A DNA stretch of 64,000 bases, taken from positions 57,583 through 121,582 of the forward strand of contig JACKAO010000006.1 in assembly GCA_020635035.1 (NCBI GenBank), written 5' to 3'. The translations under genes were made by a program, and so were the position numbers. This document shows positions 56,140 through 64,000 of this stretch, piece after piece. How positions within the stretch are numbered: position 1 is the stretch's first letter; every line of letters starts with the position of its first letter. The notes beneath the pieces were generated by a model that saw nothing but the letters and a program-made list of their open reading frames with translations, searched no databases and had not been told where the DNA came from. The DNA is from Calditrichia bacterium (GTDB lineage Bacteria; Calditrichota; Calditrichia; Calditrichales; J004).

Positions 56140-58281
56140 CTAGTTTTTAAGTAATGCTTCAAGGTCTGCTGGTGTAAAAACCGGCAGACTGCATTTAAAA
56201 TCATGACAAACATAAGCAGTAATCTTACCTTTTACAGGTTCTTTACCTGCAATTAATGAAGCAGTAAAGGCACTTTTATCCGTCCCGTCTGTTATTTGAA
56301 TTACCACCTTGTTTGGCAGATAATTATTAAAAACACAATCCATAAAATCTTTGGCATTTTGATCAGCATCTCTGGCAATCAATATTTCTTTTGGTTTATC
56401 CAGGTAAAAATCCAAAGCATTAAGGTAGCTGGCATAACCATATGGATTAGCAATCATTTCCTGTGAATGATTTTTTAGAATATTCTCAGCAATATCAAAG
56501 TATGATTGATTTTCTGTTATGGAAAACAATCGCAGATTGTTTAATATCATTAATCCTGTTCCGGAAGGGATGGAACTGTCATGCGCGTCCTTTAATCTGT
56601 AAACAAGCTGCTGTTGTAAATTTGAAGTTGTAAAATAAGTTGTCCGGCTCTCATCCAAAAAATGTTTATTTGCATAATCTGCCAGTTCCACTGCTTTTTT
56701 TACATAACCGGGATCAAACACAGCTTCATAAGAATCCAACAGTGCATTTATTAAAAAAGCATAATCTTCGATAAATGCATCATATTTTGATTGCCCGTCT
56801 TTGAATGTCCGTTGTAAAATTCCATCTGTAAAAAGTTTATCCAGGATAAAAGTCACATTTTTTTTTATAACTTCCCGGTAACTAGGATTGCCGGTAATCT
56901 GGTAAGCTCTCGCAAAAGCTGAAAGCATCAGGGCATTCCAGGATGTAATTATTTTATCATCCAGACCCGGGCGGACTCTTTTACTGCGGTAATCGTGAAG
57001 TTTTTTGCGGCACTGTTCTAGGATTCTTTCAACCTGATCTGCAGGAAGATCAAACTCTTGAGATACATCTTCAAAACTTTGTGCTTTAAAAAGTATCGTT
57101 TTGCCTTCAAAATTGCCCGAAGCAGTTACACCATAAAATGTATTAAAAAGTTTCGCATCTGATTCACCCAGGATTGAGATGATTTCATCCTGGGTCCATA
57201 CATAAAAACGACCTTCTTCACCTTCGCTGTCAGCATCAAGGCTGCTGAAGAATCCCCCTTGATCCGATGTCATTTCACGTTGTATAAATTCCAGCGTCTC
57301 CTCGGCAATCTGCAGAAAATAATTTTGTCCGGTAACGAGATAAGCATCCAGATAAAGCTGGACTAACTGTCCGTTATCATAAAGCATTTTTTCGAAATGG
57401 GGGACAAGCCATTTTTCATCAACGGAATAGCGTGCAAAGCCACCGCCAAGCTGGTCATAAATCCCGCCGTCTGCCATGTTTTGAAGAGTGTGTGTTACCA
57501 TATTTAGCAAATTTGGTTCAGCTGTATTTTTGTAAGCTCTTATAAATAAATTAAATACCTGGACAGCGGGGAACTTAGGCGCATTACCAATCCCGCCATA
57601 CAAAGGTTCATAATATCCTGTCAGGCTTTCAATAGCACTATCAAAATCATTACGGTCGGGTAATTGTGCATCATTACTTTTAATCTGAGCGATTTTATTG
57701 AAAGCTTCATCCACCTGGCTGATGCTGTTTTTTAATTTATCTTTTTCTGTATGGTAATGAACCGCAAGTGCCTGCAAAACACGTTTAAAGCCCGGCCGTC
57801 CATAGCGGTCATCAGGAGGGAAATAGGTACCGCCAAAAAAGGGTTTCTGATCCGGTGTAAGAAAAACACTCATCGGCCAGCCACCACTCCCCGTTGTCAT
57901 TTGAACGTATTGCATATAAAGCTGATCTATATCCGGGCGTTCTTCGCGATCGACTTTTATACAGATAAAATTTTCGTTCATCAACTCTGCGACTTCTTGG
58001 TTTTCAAAACTTTCTTCTTCCATTACATGGCACCAATGACAGGATGAATAGCCGATACTTAAAAACACGGGTTTGTCTTCCTTTCGCGCTTTTTCAAAGG
58101 CTTCACTACCCCAGGGGTACCAATCAACCGGGTTATGTGCGTGTTGCAGCAGATAGGGACTGGTCTCATTGATCAGTCTGTTTGTAAATTCGTGCATTTC
58201 TGATCCTTTTTTTGGGTTATCCGGTTTAACACAGCAGCAAAGCAATGCAGTTGTAAAAATTGTTAAACCGGTTAACTTCAT
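56140..58281 (-). CDS. thioredoxin-domain protein of the YyaL/DUF255 family (N-terminal Trx fold + alpha/alpha-toroid domain), exported
   Basis: [17 protein letters not shown]255 signature. 713 aa. N-terminal signal/lipoprotein-like peptide (ALLCCC). Confidence 0.8.
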   Translation of the reverse strand: MKLTGLTIFTTALLCCCVKPDNPKKGSEMHEFTNRLINETSPYLLQHAHNPVDWYPWGSEAFEKARKEDKPVFLSIGYSSCHWCHVMEEESFENQEVAELMNENFICIKVDREERPDIDQLYMQYVQMTTGSGGWPMSVFLTPDQKPFFGGTYFPPDDRYGRPGFKRVLQALAVHYHTEKDKLKNSISQVDEAFNKIAQIKSNDAQLPDRNDFDSAIESLTGYYEPLYGGIGNAPKFPAVQVFNLFIRAYKNTAEPNLLNMVTHTLQNMADGGIYDQLGGGFARYSVDEKWLVPHFEKMLYDNGQLVQLYLDAYLVTGQNYFLQIAEETLEFIQREMTSDQGGFFSSLDADSEGEEGRFYVWTQDEIISILGESDAKLFNTFYGVTASGNFEGKTILFKAQSFEDVSQEFDLPADQVERILEQCRKKLHDYRSKRVRPGLDDKIITSWNALMLSAFARAYQITGNPSYREVIKKNVTFILDKLFTDGILQRTFKDGQSKYDAFIEDYAFLINALLDSYEAVFDPGYVKKAVELADYANKHFLDESRTTYFTTSNLQQQLVYRLKDAHDSSIPSGTGLMILNNLRLFSITENQSYFDIAENILKNHSQEMIANPYGYASYLNALDFYLDKPKEILIARDADQNAKDFMDCVFNNYLPNKVVIQITDGTDKSAFTASLIAGKEPVKGKITAYVCHDFKCSLPVFTPADLEALLKN

Positions 58282-58338
58282 ATTCAGGAATTGTATATAT
58301 AATAGTGATTATAGATTTTTTATTTTTGAAACAATCAA

Positions 58339-59577
58339 TTGCTGCAAGTAATTTCCTTTTTCTATGTGAAACCGATCAAAAAATTATTAAACCAGGAACA
58401 GTTTTTGGTATACAGCATCTATTTGGCCTTTGTGGCAGTCTTTACTTTTGTCTATTTTCTAACATTTATGCTGCTTAAACAAGGCCTTAAAAATCTCAGG
58501 AAAAATCAGAACCGTAATCAAAACAAAGAATATAAAAGTGTTTCTGTGGTTGTTTCTGCAAGGAATGAGCAGAAAAATTTACCGGGACTGTTCAGTGCTT
58601 TAGAAGAACAAAACACCGATGGAATAGTTGTTGAGTTTATCATCATAGATGACCGCTCTGAAGACAAAACAGGGGAAATACTGGAAGGACAGGCAGCTAA
58701 GGATCCACGTTTCAAAATAATTACAATAAAAGATAAAATTCCAGGATTTGCCCCTAAAAAGCGGGCCATTGATCTGGCTATCAGTCAGTCGGGTTCAGAT
58801 ATTATTCTTTTAACGGATGCCGATGGACGACCCGGACCGCTGTGGATAAAATCATACCTGGATCTATTTAACTGTGGTGCGGATATGGTAATTGGCTATG
58901 CCCCCTACAAAATTGCCCGGGAAGCGAGTCTTGCTCAAAAAATGCTGGCACTGGAATATTTCTCGCATGCATCCATAGCTGCAGCCACAACAGGGCTTGA
59001 GTTTCCTTTAACGTGTGTGGGGACTAACATGGCTTATTTGAAAAATGTTTACCGGGAAATTGATGGATTTGGGGAATACAAGTCCTTTATTTCGGGAGAT
59101 GATGATTTATTTCTAACCCGGGTGCGTGAGTCAAAAAAATACAGGATTGATTATAATTGCAGTGCAGAAAGTCAGGTATGGAATGCGCCGCCTTCAAGTT
59201 TTAAAAAATTTGTAAACCAGCGATTAAGATATGCCAGTAAAGGTTTTAATTATCCTTTTAAAGTTACAATTGTACTGGCGCTATATGTTATTTATAATTT
59301 TCTTTTATTTGCAGGACCTGCAGCAGGACAGCTTTTAGATATCAGAATTCTTATAGTTGCACTGCTTGCACTTCTTGTAAAAATGCTTACTGAATTTTTC
59401 TTTGTTCAGCAGGCTGCAAAACTTTTAAATGACCGTCGTTTTGTTTATCTGTATTTCTTAACATCACTTTTACACATGCCATATGTTTTGTTTTTTGGTG
59501 TTGCAGGGCAGCTTAAAATTTTTAAATGGGCTGAACAAAAAGCGGAGTATGGAATCACCAGGGAGCAAGCCCGTTAA
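58339..59577 (+). CDS. integral-membrane family-2 glycosyltransferase
   Basis: SVVVSARNE, IIDDRSED, TDADG, GDDDL and QRLRY (degenerate QxxRW), flanked by one N-terminal and 3 or more C-terminal TM helices. TTG start as listed; the GTG at 58366 is an alternative. Confidence 0.7.
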   Translation: MLQVISFFYVKPIKKLLNQEQFLVYSIYLAFVAVFTFVYFLTFMLLKQGLKNLRKNQNRNQNKEYKSVSVVVSARNEQKNLPGLFSALEEQNTDGIVVEFIIIDDRSEDKTGEILEGQAAKDPRFKIITIKDKIPGFAPKKRAIDLAISQSGSDIILLTDADGRPGPLWIKSYLDLFNCGADMVIGYAPYKIAREASLAQKMLALEYFSHASIAAATTGLEFPLTCVGTNMAYLKNVYREIDGFGEYKSFISGDDDLFLTRVRESKKYRIDYNCSAESQVWNAPPSSFKKFVNQRLRYASKGFNYPFKVTIVLALYVIYNFLLFAGPAAGQLLDIRILIVALLALLVKMLTEFFFVQQAAKLLNDRRFVYLYFLTSLLHMPYVLFFGVAGQLKIFKWAEQKAEYGITREQAR

Positions 59578-60696
59578 ATGGATAATCTGCAATGGGTAAC
59601 ACCAATTTCGATGGCTTTGGCCATGGGTTATTTTTTCTTGGTTATGTATTTGTTAAATCACCCGAAGCCAAAAAAGAAAATAATAAATAACTGGCCGGCA
59701 ATCAGCTTGCTTGTGCCATTTAGAAATGAAGAAGAAAATCTCGATGCCTGTTGTCAGGCGCTTCGGCAACTTGATTATCCTGGTAAACTTCAAATCCTGT
59801 TACTTAATGATGGTTCATCGGATGCATCTGTTACAATTGTGGAAAGCTACCTGAAGGATACCGCAAATTTTTCATTAATCCATATTGAAAAGGAAATAGA
59901 AGGTTTACGTGGCAAGATGAATGTGCTTGCCCATGGAATTAAAATGGCTGAAGGGGAGTACATTTTTGTAACGGATGCCGATTGTCAACCGCACCGCAAC
60001 TGGCTTAAAACAACCATGGAATATTTTGATGAGAAGACAGCTTTGGTTAGCGGATTCACCGTTTTAAAATTACGAAATAACGACAAACAAAAATTATTTG
60101 AAAAGCTGCAAATAATTGACTGGATTTTCTTGCAAGGCCTGGCAAGCAGTGCAAGCAATGCCGGTAAGCCGATAACTGTTATCGGAAACAATCTTGCTTT
60201 TAAAAAATCGGTTTATGACCAATTGGGTGGTTTTGAAAATGTAGGATTTTCTGTTACAGAAGATCATGCTTTAATGCAGGCCATCCTTGATAAAACGGAT
60301 TTTGATGTTAAATACATAAATGATTCTGCAGGTCCCGTTTACAGTTATCCTGTCAATCGTTTTAATGATTTTGTACAACAACGGCAGCGCTGGATTAAAG
60401 GCGGCTTAAAAGGCCGGCCGTTTGCTTTTTTCCTGGTTGGGTTCAGCTATATTGCACATCTTATTATTCCGCTTATTTTTATTAGCGGACCTTATAATAT
60501 GCTCACGGCAACTGCAATCGGGCTGATTGTCGGGATTGATTATTTTCAGCTGAAAAGAAATTTAAAAACCTTCAATCTGGAAAATTATAAAAGTGAATTT
60601 ATAAAATATGAAGTGTTCTATCTTCTCTATTCTTCATTCCTGTTTTTAATGCTGCCTTTTCCTAAAAAGGTAAAATGGAAAGGGCGTCAATATTAA
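59578..60696 (+). CDS. integral-membrane family-2 glycosyltransferase (paralog)
   Basis: SLLVPFRNE, LLNDGSSD, TDADC, TEDHAL and QRQRW motifs. N- and C-terminal TM helices. Starts directly after the upstream stop. Confidence 0.75.
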   Translation: MDNLQWVTPISMALAMGYFFLVMYLLNHPKPKKKIINNWPAISLLVPFRNEEENLDACCQALRQLDYPGKLQILLLNDGSSDASVTIVESYLKDTANFSLIHIEKEIEGLRGKMNVLAHGIKMAEGEYIFVTDADCQPHRNWLKTTMEYFDEKTALVSGFTVLKLRNNDKQKLFEKLQIIDWIFLQGLASSASNAGKPITVIGNNLAFKKSVYDQLGGFENVGFSVTEDHALMQAILDKTDFDVKYINDSAGPVYSYPVNRFNDFVQQRQRWIKGGLKGRPFAFFLVGFSYIAHLIIPLIFISGPYNMLTATAIGLIVGIDYFQLKRNLKTFNLENYKSEFIKYEVFYLLYSSFLFLMLPFPKKVKWKGRQY

Positions 60697-60827
60697 TTAT
60701 AAGTATGTGATTATTCTTAAAACGGTACCGACCCCTTAGTCATCAGATTTTTTGGCTTTAACTTTCCAAAACACTGATAATTGGCTATATTTGCCGCCTG
60801 TCAGGATTTAAATAAGAGACGCAATAA

Positions 60828-61199
60828 ATGTACAGACTTTCAACAAAAAAAATGATATCGGCTGCACACATTCTGCATGGATATGATGGACCATGCAGCC
60901 GTCTGCACGGGCACAATTGGAATGTAAAAATAGATGTATTAAGTGATTATCTTGATAAGGTTGGTTTAAGTATTGATTTTATGGATCTGGATGATCTTCT
61001 ATGGCAGGTAATAGGCCGTTTTGATCACAGGCATTTTAATGATATTGCTCCATTCGACAAAATGAATCCCACAGCTGAAAACATTGCACGATATTTTTTT
61101 GATGAGATCAAAGAAAAATTACCTAAGCATGTAAAACTGGAAAAAATAACGATCTGGGAAACCGAAGAATACCTGGTTGAATATTTTGAAAACCATTAA
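60828..61199 (+). CDS. queD: 6-carboxy-5,6,7,8-tetrahydropterin synthase
   Basis: 123 aa. CSRLHGHNW and zinc His motifs. Confidence 0.85.
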   Translation: MYRLSTKKMISAAHILHGYDGPCSRLHGHNWNVKIDVLSDYLDKVGLSIDFMDLDDLLWQVIGRFDHRHFNDIAPFDKMNPTAENIARYFFDEIKEKLPKHVKLEKITIWETEEYLVEYFENH

Positions 61200-61851
61200 A
61201 AACAAAGAAAATCAGCTGCGAATTAACGAGATATTTTACAGTATCCAGGGGGAATCCACATATGCTGGATTACCTTGTGTTTTTGTAAGATTAACTTATT
61301 GCAATCTGCGCTGCAGCTATTGCGACACAGAATATGCATTTTTTGAAGGTAACTGGCGCGATTTTGATGATATAATGACAGAAGTAAAAAGTTATAACTG
61401 TAATCTTGTTGAAGTTACTGGCGGTGAGCCTTTACTGCAGGAAAATGTGCATCCTTTTCTGCAACGCCTGTGTGACGAAGGCTTTGAAGTACTTCTGGAA
61501 ACAGGTGGTCATATGGATATTAGTCTGGTTGACGAAAGAGTAAGGCGTATTGTTGATGTTAAATGCCCAACCAGTGGCGAATCCGAAAAAGTATACTGGG
61601 AAAATTTAATACATCTGCGTGCGACAGACCAGGTAAAGTTTGTTGTTGGCAGCAGGCAAGACTATGATTTTGTAACTCACATTATTTCCAAATATAATTT
61701 ATCCGGTAAATGCCCGCTGTTAGTATCACCTGTGTTCGGGAAAATTGAACTATTAACGCTTGCTGAATGGATTCTGCAGGATAATTTACCTGTTCGCATG
61801 CAATTACAAATGCATAAATTTATCTGGACCCCTGAAACGCGCGGGGTATAA
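61177..61851 (+). CDS. queE: 7-carboxy-7-deazaguanine synthase (radical SAM)
   Basis: EIFYSIQGES and CNLRCSYCDT (Cx3Cx2C) motifs. Overlaps the queD end. Confidence 0.85.
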   Translation: MNILKTIKNKENQLRINEIFYSIQGESTYAGLPCVFVRLTYCNLRCSYCDTEYAFFEGNWRDFDDIMTEVKSYNCNLVEVTGGEPLLQENVHPFLQRLCDEGFEVLLETGGHMDISLVDERVRRIVDVKCPTSGESEKVYWENLIHLRATDQVKFVVGSRQDYDFVTHIISKYNLSGKCPLLVSPVFGKIELLTLAEWILQDNLPVRMQLQMHKFIWTPETRGV

Positions 61852-61970
61852 AACAAAAATGAAAATCAAAGGCAAAGCTTTTGTTGAATTCTTAAAGTTG
61901 GCCATATTAAAAAATTAAAATAATTATTGCTGATTATGAGTAAGATAAAGATTAAGAATAGGAGTATGTA

Positions 61971-62327
61971 ATGGAAATAGAAGTTTTTGAAAACCAATTC
62001 CCCAACCGTGATTATTACATCACTCATGTAAATGAAGAATTTACATCTGTTTGCCCGAAAACAGGACTTCCTGATTTTGGTAAAATTTCGGTTGAATATA
62101 TTCCGGATAAATTGTGTCTGGAGTTGAAATCACTTAAGTACTATTTCTTAGAATTTCGCAACAAAGGTATTTTTTATGAAGCGGTTGTTAACCAGATTTT
62201 GGATGACCTGGTAAATGCCTGCAAGCCACGTTATATGTCAGTTACTGGCGATTTCAGCACACGTGGTGGCTTAAATTCCAAAGTCGTTGCGGAATATGAT
62301 GAAGACGGGCTGATCTCGCAGGAATAA
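61971..62327 (+). CDS. queF: NADPH-dependent 7-cyano-7-deazaguanine reductase (unimodular type)
   Basis: SVCPKTGLPDF catalytic Cys and ELKSLKYYF QueF motif. 118 aa. Confidence 0.85.
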   Translation: MEIEVFENQFPNRDYYITHVNEEFTSVCPKTGLPDFGKISVEYIPDKLCLELKSLKYYFLEFRNKGIFYEAVVNQILDDLVNACKPRYMSVTGDFSTRGGLNSKVVAEYDEDGLISQE

Positions 62328-62348
62328 TTTCTTAAAAAGGGAACTGTT

Positions 62349-63038
62349 TTGAGTAACAAATCTTTAGCAGTAGTGCTTGTAAGCGGCGGAATGGACAGCT
62401 GTGTTTCGGCAGCCATTGCTGCCAAAAACTACGAACTGGCATTTATGCATCTCAATTATGGACAGAAAACAGAAAAGCGTGAACTACGTGCTTTTACAGA
62501 AATAGCTGATTTTTATAAGGTGGAGAAACGCCTGGTTGTCGATGCCCGTTTTTTTAATACAATTGGCGGAAGCAGTCTCACAGATGAAAATATTCCTGTA
62601 AGCCCGGCTGATTTATCCAGTGAAGATATCCCAAGCAGTTATGTTCCATTCCGGAATGCAAATATTCTCTCTATGGCAACCAGTTATGCTGAAACTTTAA
62701 GTGCCGTTAAAATATTTATCGGTGCTGTAGAAGAAGATTCGTCGGGGTACCCCGATTGCCGGCAGGATTTTTATGATGCGTTTAATAAAGTAATTGCCAT
62801 TGGTACAAAGCCTGAAACGCAAATTGAAATAGTCACACCGCTGATAAAACTTAAGAAAAGTGAAATAATAAGGCGCGGAGTCGATCTGGCAGCTCCGCTC
62901 CAGCTCTCCTGGTCATGCTACCAGAGTGAAGATGAAGCTTGTGGTGAATGTGATAGTTGCGCTTTGCGTTTGCGCGGGTTCCGTCAGGCAGGCCTGGAAG
63001 ATCCCATAAAATATAAAAAACGACCTGAATATCTATAA
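62349..63038 (+). CDS. queC: 7-cyano-7-deazaguanine synthase
   Basis: VSGGMDS PP-loop and C-terminal Cys cluster CYQ...[13 protein letters not shown] start. Confidence 0.9.
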   Translation: MSNKSLAVVLVSGGMDSCVSAAIAAKNYELAFMHLNYGQKTEKRELRAFTEIADFYKVEKRLVVDARFFNTIGGSSLTDENIPVSPADLSSEDIPSSYVPFRNANILSMATSYAETLSAVKIFIGAVEEDSSGYPDCRQDFYDAFNKVIAIGTKPETQIEIVTPLIKLKKSEIIRRGVDLAAPLQLSWSCYQSEDEACGECDSCALRLRGFRQAGLEDPIKYKKRPEYL

Positions 63039-63044
63039 GTAAAA

Positions 63045-63764
63045 TTATTTTAATAAATCTGTGCTGGTGCTGGAATTAAATAAATATTCCAGGTTTTGCA
63101 GACTTTTTTCGATAGAAAATGGTAATTCTTTTGCAAAAACATCCAGGACAACAAGCGCATTTAAATTAGCATCTTTATCAACTACTGATCGCATACGCTG
63201 CGCCATCCCCGAGTTAACCATCTGGATATCTTCATAATCATCTGTAAGCTTATTTAGATTCCAATCTGCTTCATCTCCATTTTTGTACTTAAAAAATTGT
63301 CCGAGCAGGTAGGTGCTGACGGATCTGTAGATTGTTTCTTCGACGCTGGCAAAAGGCAAATGAAAACGTACCATTGGTCGCAATGGAAGCATTACAGGAC
63401 AGGAGCTTGTAACCATAAAAATCCCCAGCATCGCACTTAATGCAGTTTGTACGGTGGTATTTTTTGAATAATTACGTTCAGCGGTTTCAACAATAACATG
63501 AACGTTGTCAAATGATTGCAGATTTGAAAACTCATTTATTACTTCAGTAAGATTGAGCGCCAGCGGGCATTCAGGGCTGTCTTCCTTTTTTAAAGGGCAG
63601 TTACGACACTGAAAATGATCCAGCTTTGTCCAGGAAGATGGTTTTAAATTTTTAACCGGTATATAGGCAAGGGTTTTGCGGTCAAGATTTATCTCAAAAG
63701 TAGATTTACGTCCATTATCAAAAATAAAATAATAATGTATCTTTAAAGGCTTATTTTCTTCCAT
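63045..63764 (-). CDS. hypothetical protein with CxxC-x9-C motif (function unknown)
   Basis: 239 aa with no signal peptide. C53-x2-C56-x9-C66 (CRNCPLKKEDSPEC) plus a later SSCP. No motif I recognise. Confidence 0.5.
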   Translation of the reverse strand: MEENKPLKIHYYFIFDNGRKSTFEINLDRKTLAYIPVKNLKPSSWTKLDHFQCRNCPLKKEDSPECPLALNLTEVINEFSNLQSFDNVHVIVETAERNYSKNTTVQTALSAMLGIFMVTSSCPVMLPLRPMVRFHLPFASVEETIYRSVSTYLLGQFFKYKNGDEADWNLNKLTDDYEDIQMVNSGMAQRMRSVVDKDANLNALVVLDVFAKELPFSIEKSLQNLEYLFNSSTSTDLLK

Positions 63765-63850
63765 GTATTATTCCTGTCGATAAATAGGTTTTTTTAATTC
63801 GGCAATATTAAATAAAGGTTGAGAGCAGCAGAACAATTATAATATTTTTA

Positions 63851-64000
63851 TTAATGATTTTCTACTTCAGTAAAGAATTCTCTTCCAAATTGTATTGAAA
63901 ACTCAGATGGAAGCAGGTCACGGATCTGCGCAGCAGAGAGTTTTAAGGCTTCCGGACTATGTTTATTTTTTGTACGAATTCTTACAATGCTGTTTTCGGG
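63851..64000 (-). CDS. 3' end of an unidentified CDS (cut by window edge)
   Basis: The minus-strand frame is open from the edge to the TAA (rc of 63851-63853): ...SPEALKLSAAQIRDLLPSEFSIQFGREFFTEVENH*. Function not recognisable. Confidence 0.35.
   Translation of the reverse strand, partial: PENSIVRIRTKNKHSPEALKLSAAQIRDLLPSEFSIQFGREFFTEVENH

Noticed and set aside
60697-60827. Possible preQ1 riboswitch upstream of queD, and likewise in the 61852-61970 gap upstream of queF.
   Set aside because: Reading both spacers, I could not find the short P1 hairpin plus the ACCC...AAAAAACUA-type tail of preQ1-I, or any convincing GC-rich structure. I cannot exclude a divergent class without a covariance-model scan.

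Overview
Dense chromosomal window with about 70 CDS and 2 tRNAs. I saw no rRNA, CRISPR array, transposase/integrase or other mobile element. All calls come from reading motifs in the supplied translations and from hairpins and repeats in the DNA; no searches were run. Housekeeping content: prmA; rplY-pth; a K+-dependent-type membrane pyrophosphatase; rpsF-rpsR-rplI followed by priA; pyrG-kdsB-gatC; deoB; queD-queE and queF-queC; a short RpoD-like sigma factor; an ECF sigma/anti-sigma pair; ExbB-ExbD-ExbD-TonB; pyruvoyl arginine decarboxylase plus agmatinase; a GH57 glucan enzyme; an S41 protease. A BNR-repeat protein with a T9SS-like C-terminal domain sits next to two PorV/PorQ-like barrels. 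Together with the short primary-type sigma, this suggests an FCB-superphylum diderm (Ignavibacteria/Bacteroidota-like); that is inference only. Four regions deserve a second look. (1) 38673-44273 is an insulated 4-gene operon: a threonine-synthase-like PLP enzyme, DUF1611, a 779-aa PP-loop ATPase::creatininase-fold fusion, and an enolase-superfamily epimerase. I cannot map this combination to a known pathway. (2) 14917-20049 is an 8-gene signalling operon ending in MglB/MglA. It is conservon-like, with three roadblock domains, a DUF4388/PATAN domain, a soluble PAS kinase and a HAMP-only membrane sensor. (3) 33584-38484 is a 5-gene exported-protein cluster: LPP20-like, TPR+SLH, FlgT-N-like, CsgG-like and FecR-like. 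(4) 51660-53722 has two EutN/CcmL microcompartment vertex genes coupled to deoB, with no shell hexamer gene anywhere in the window.
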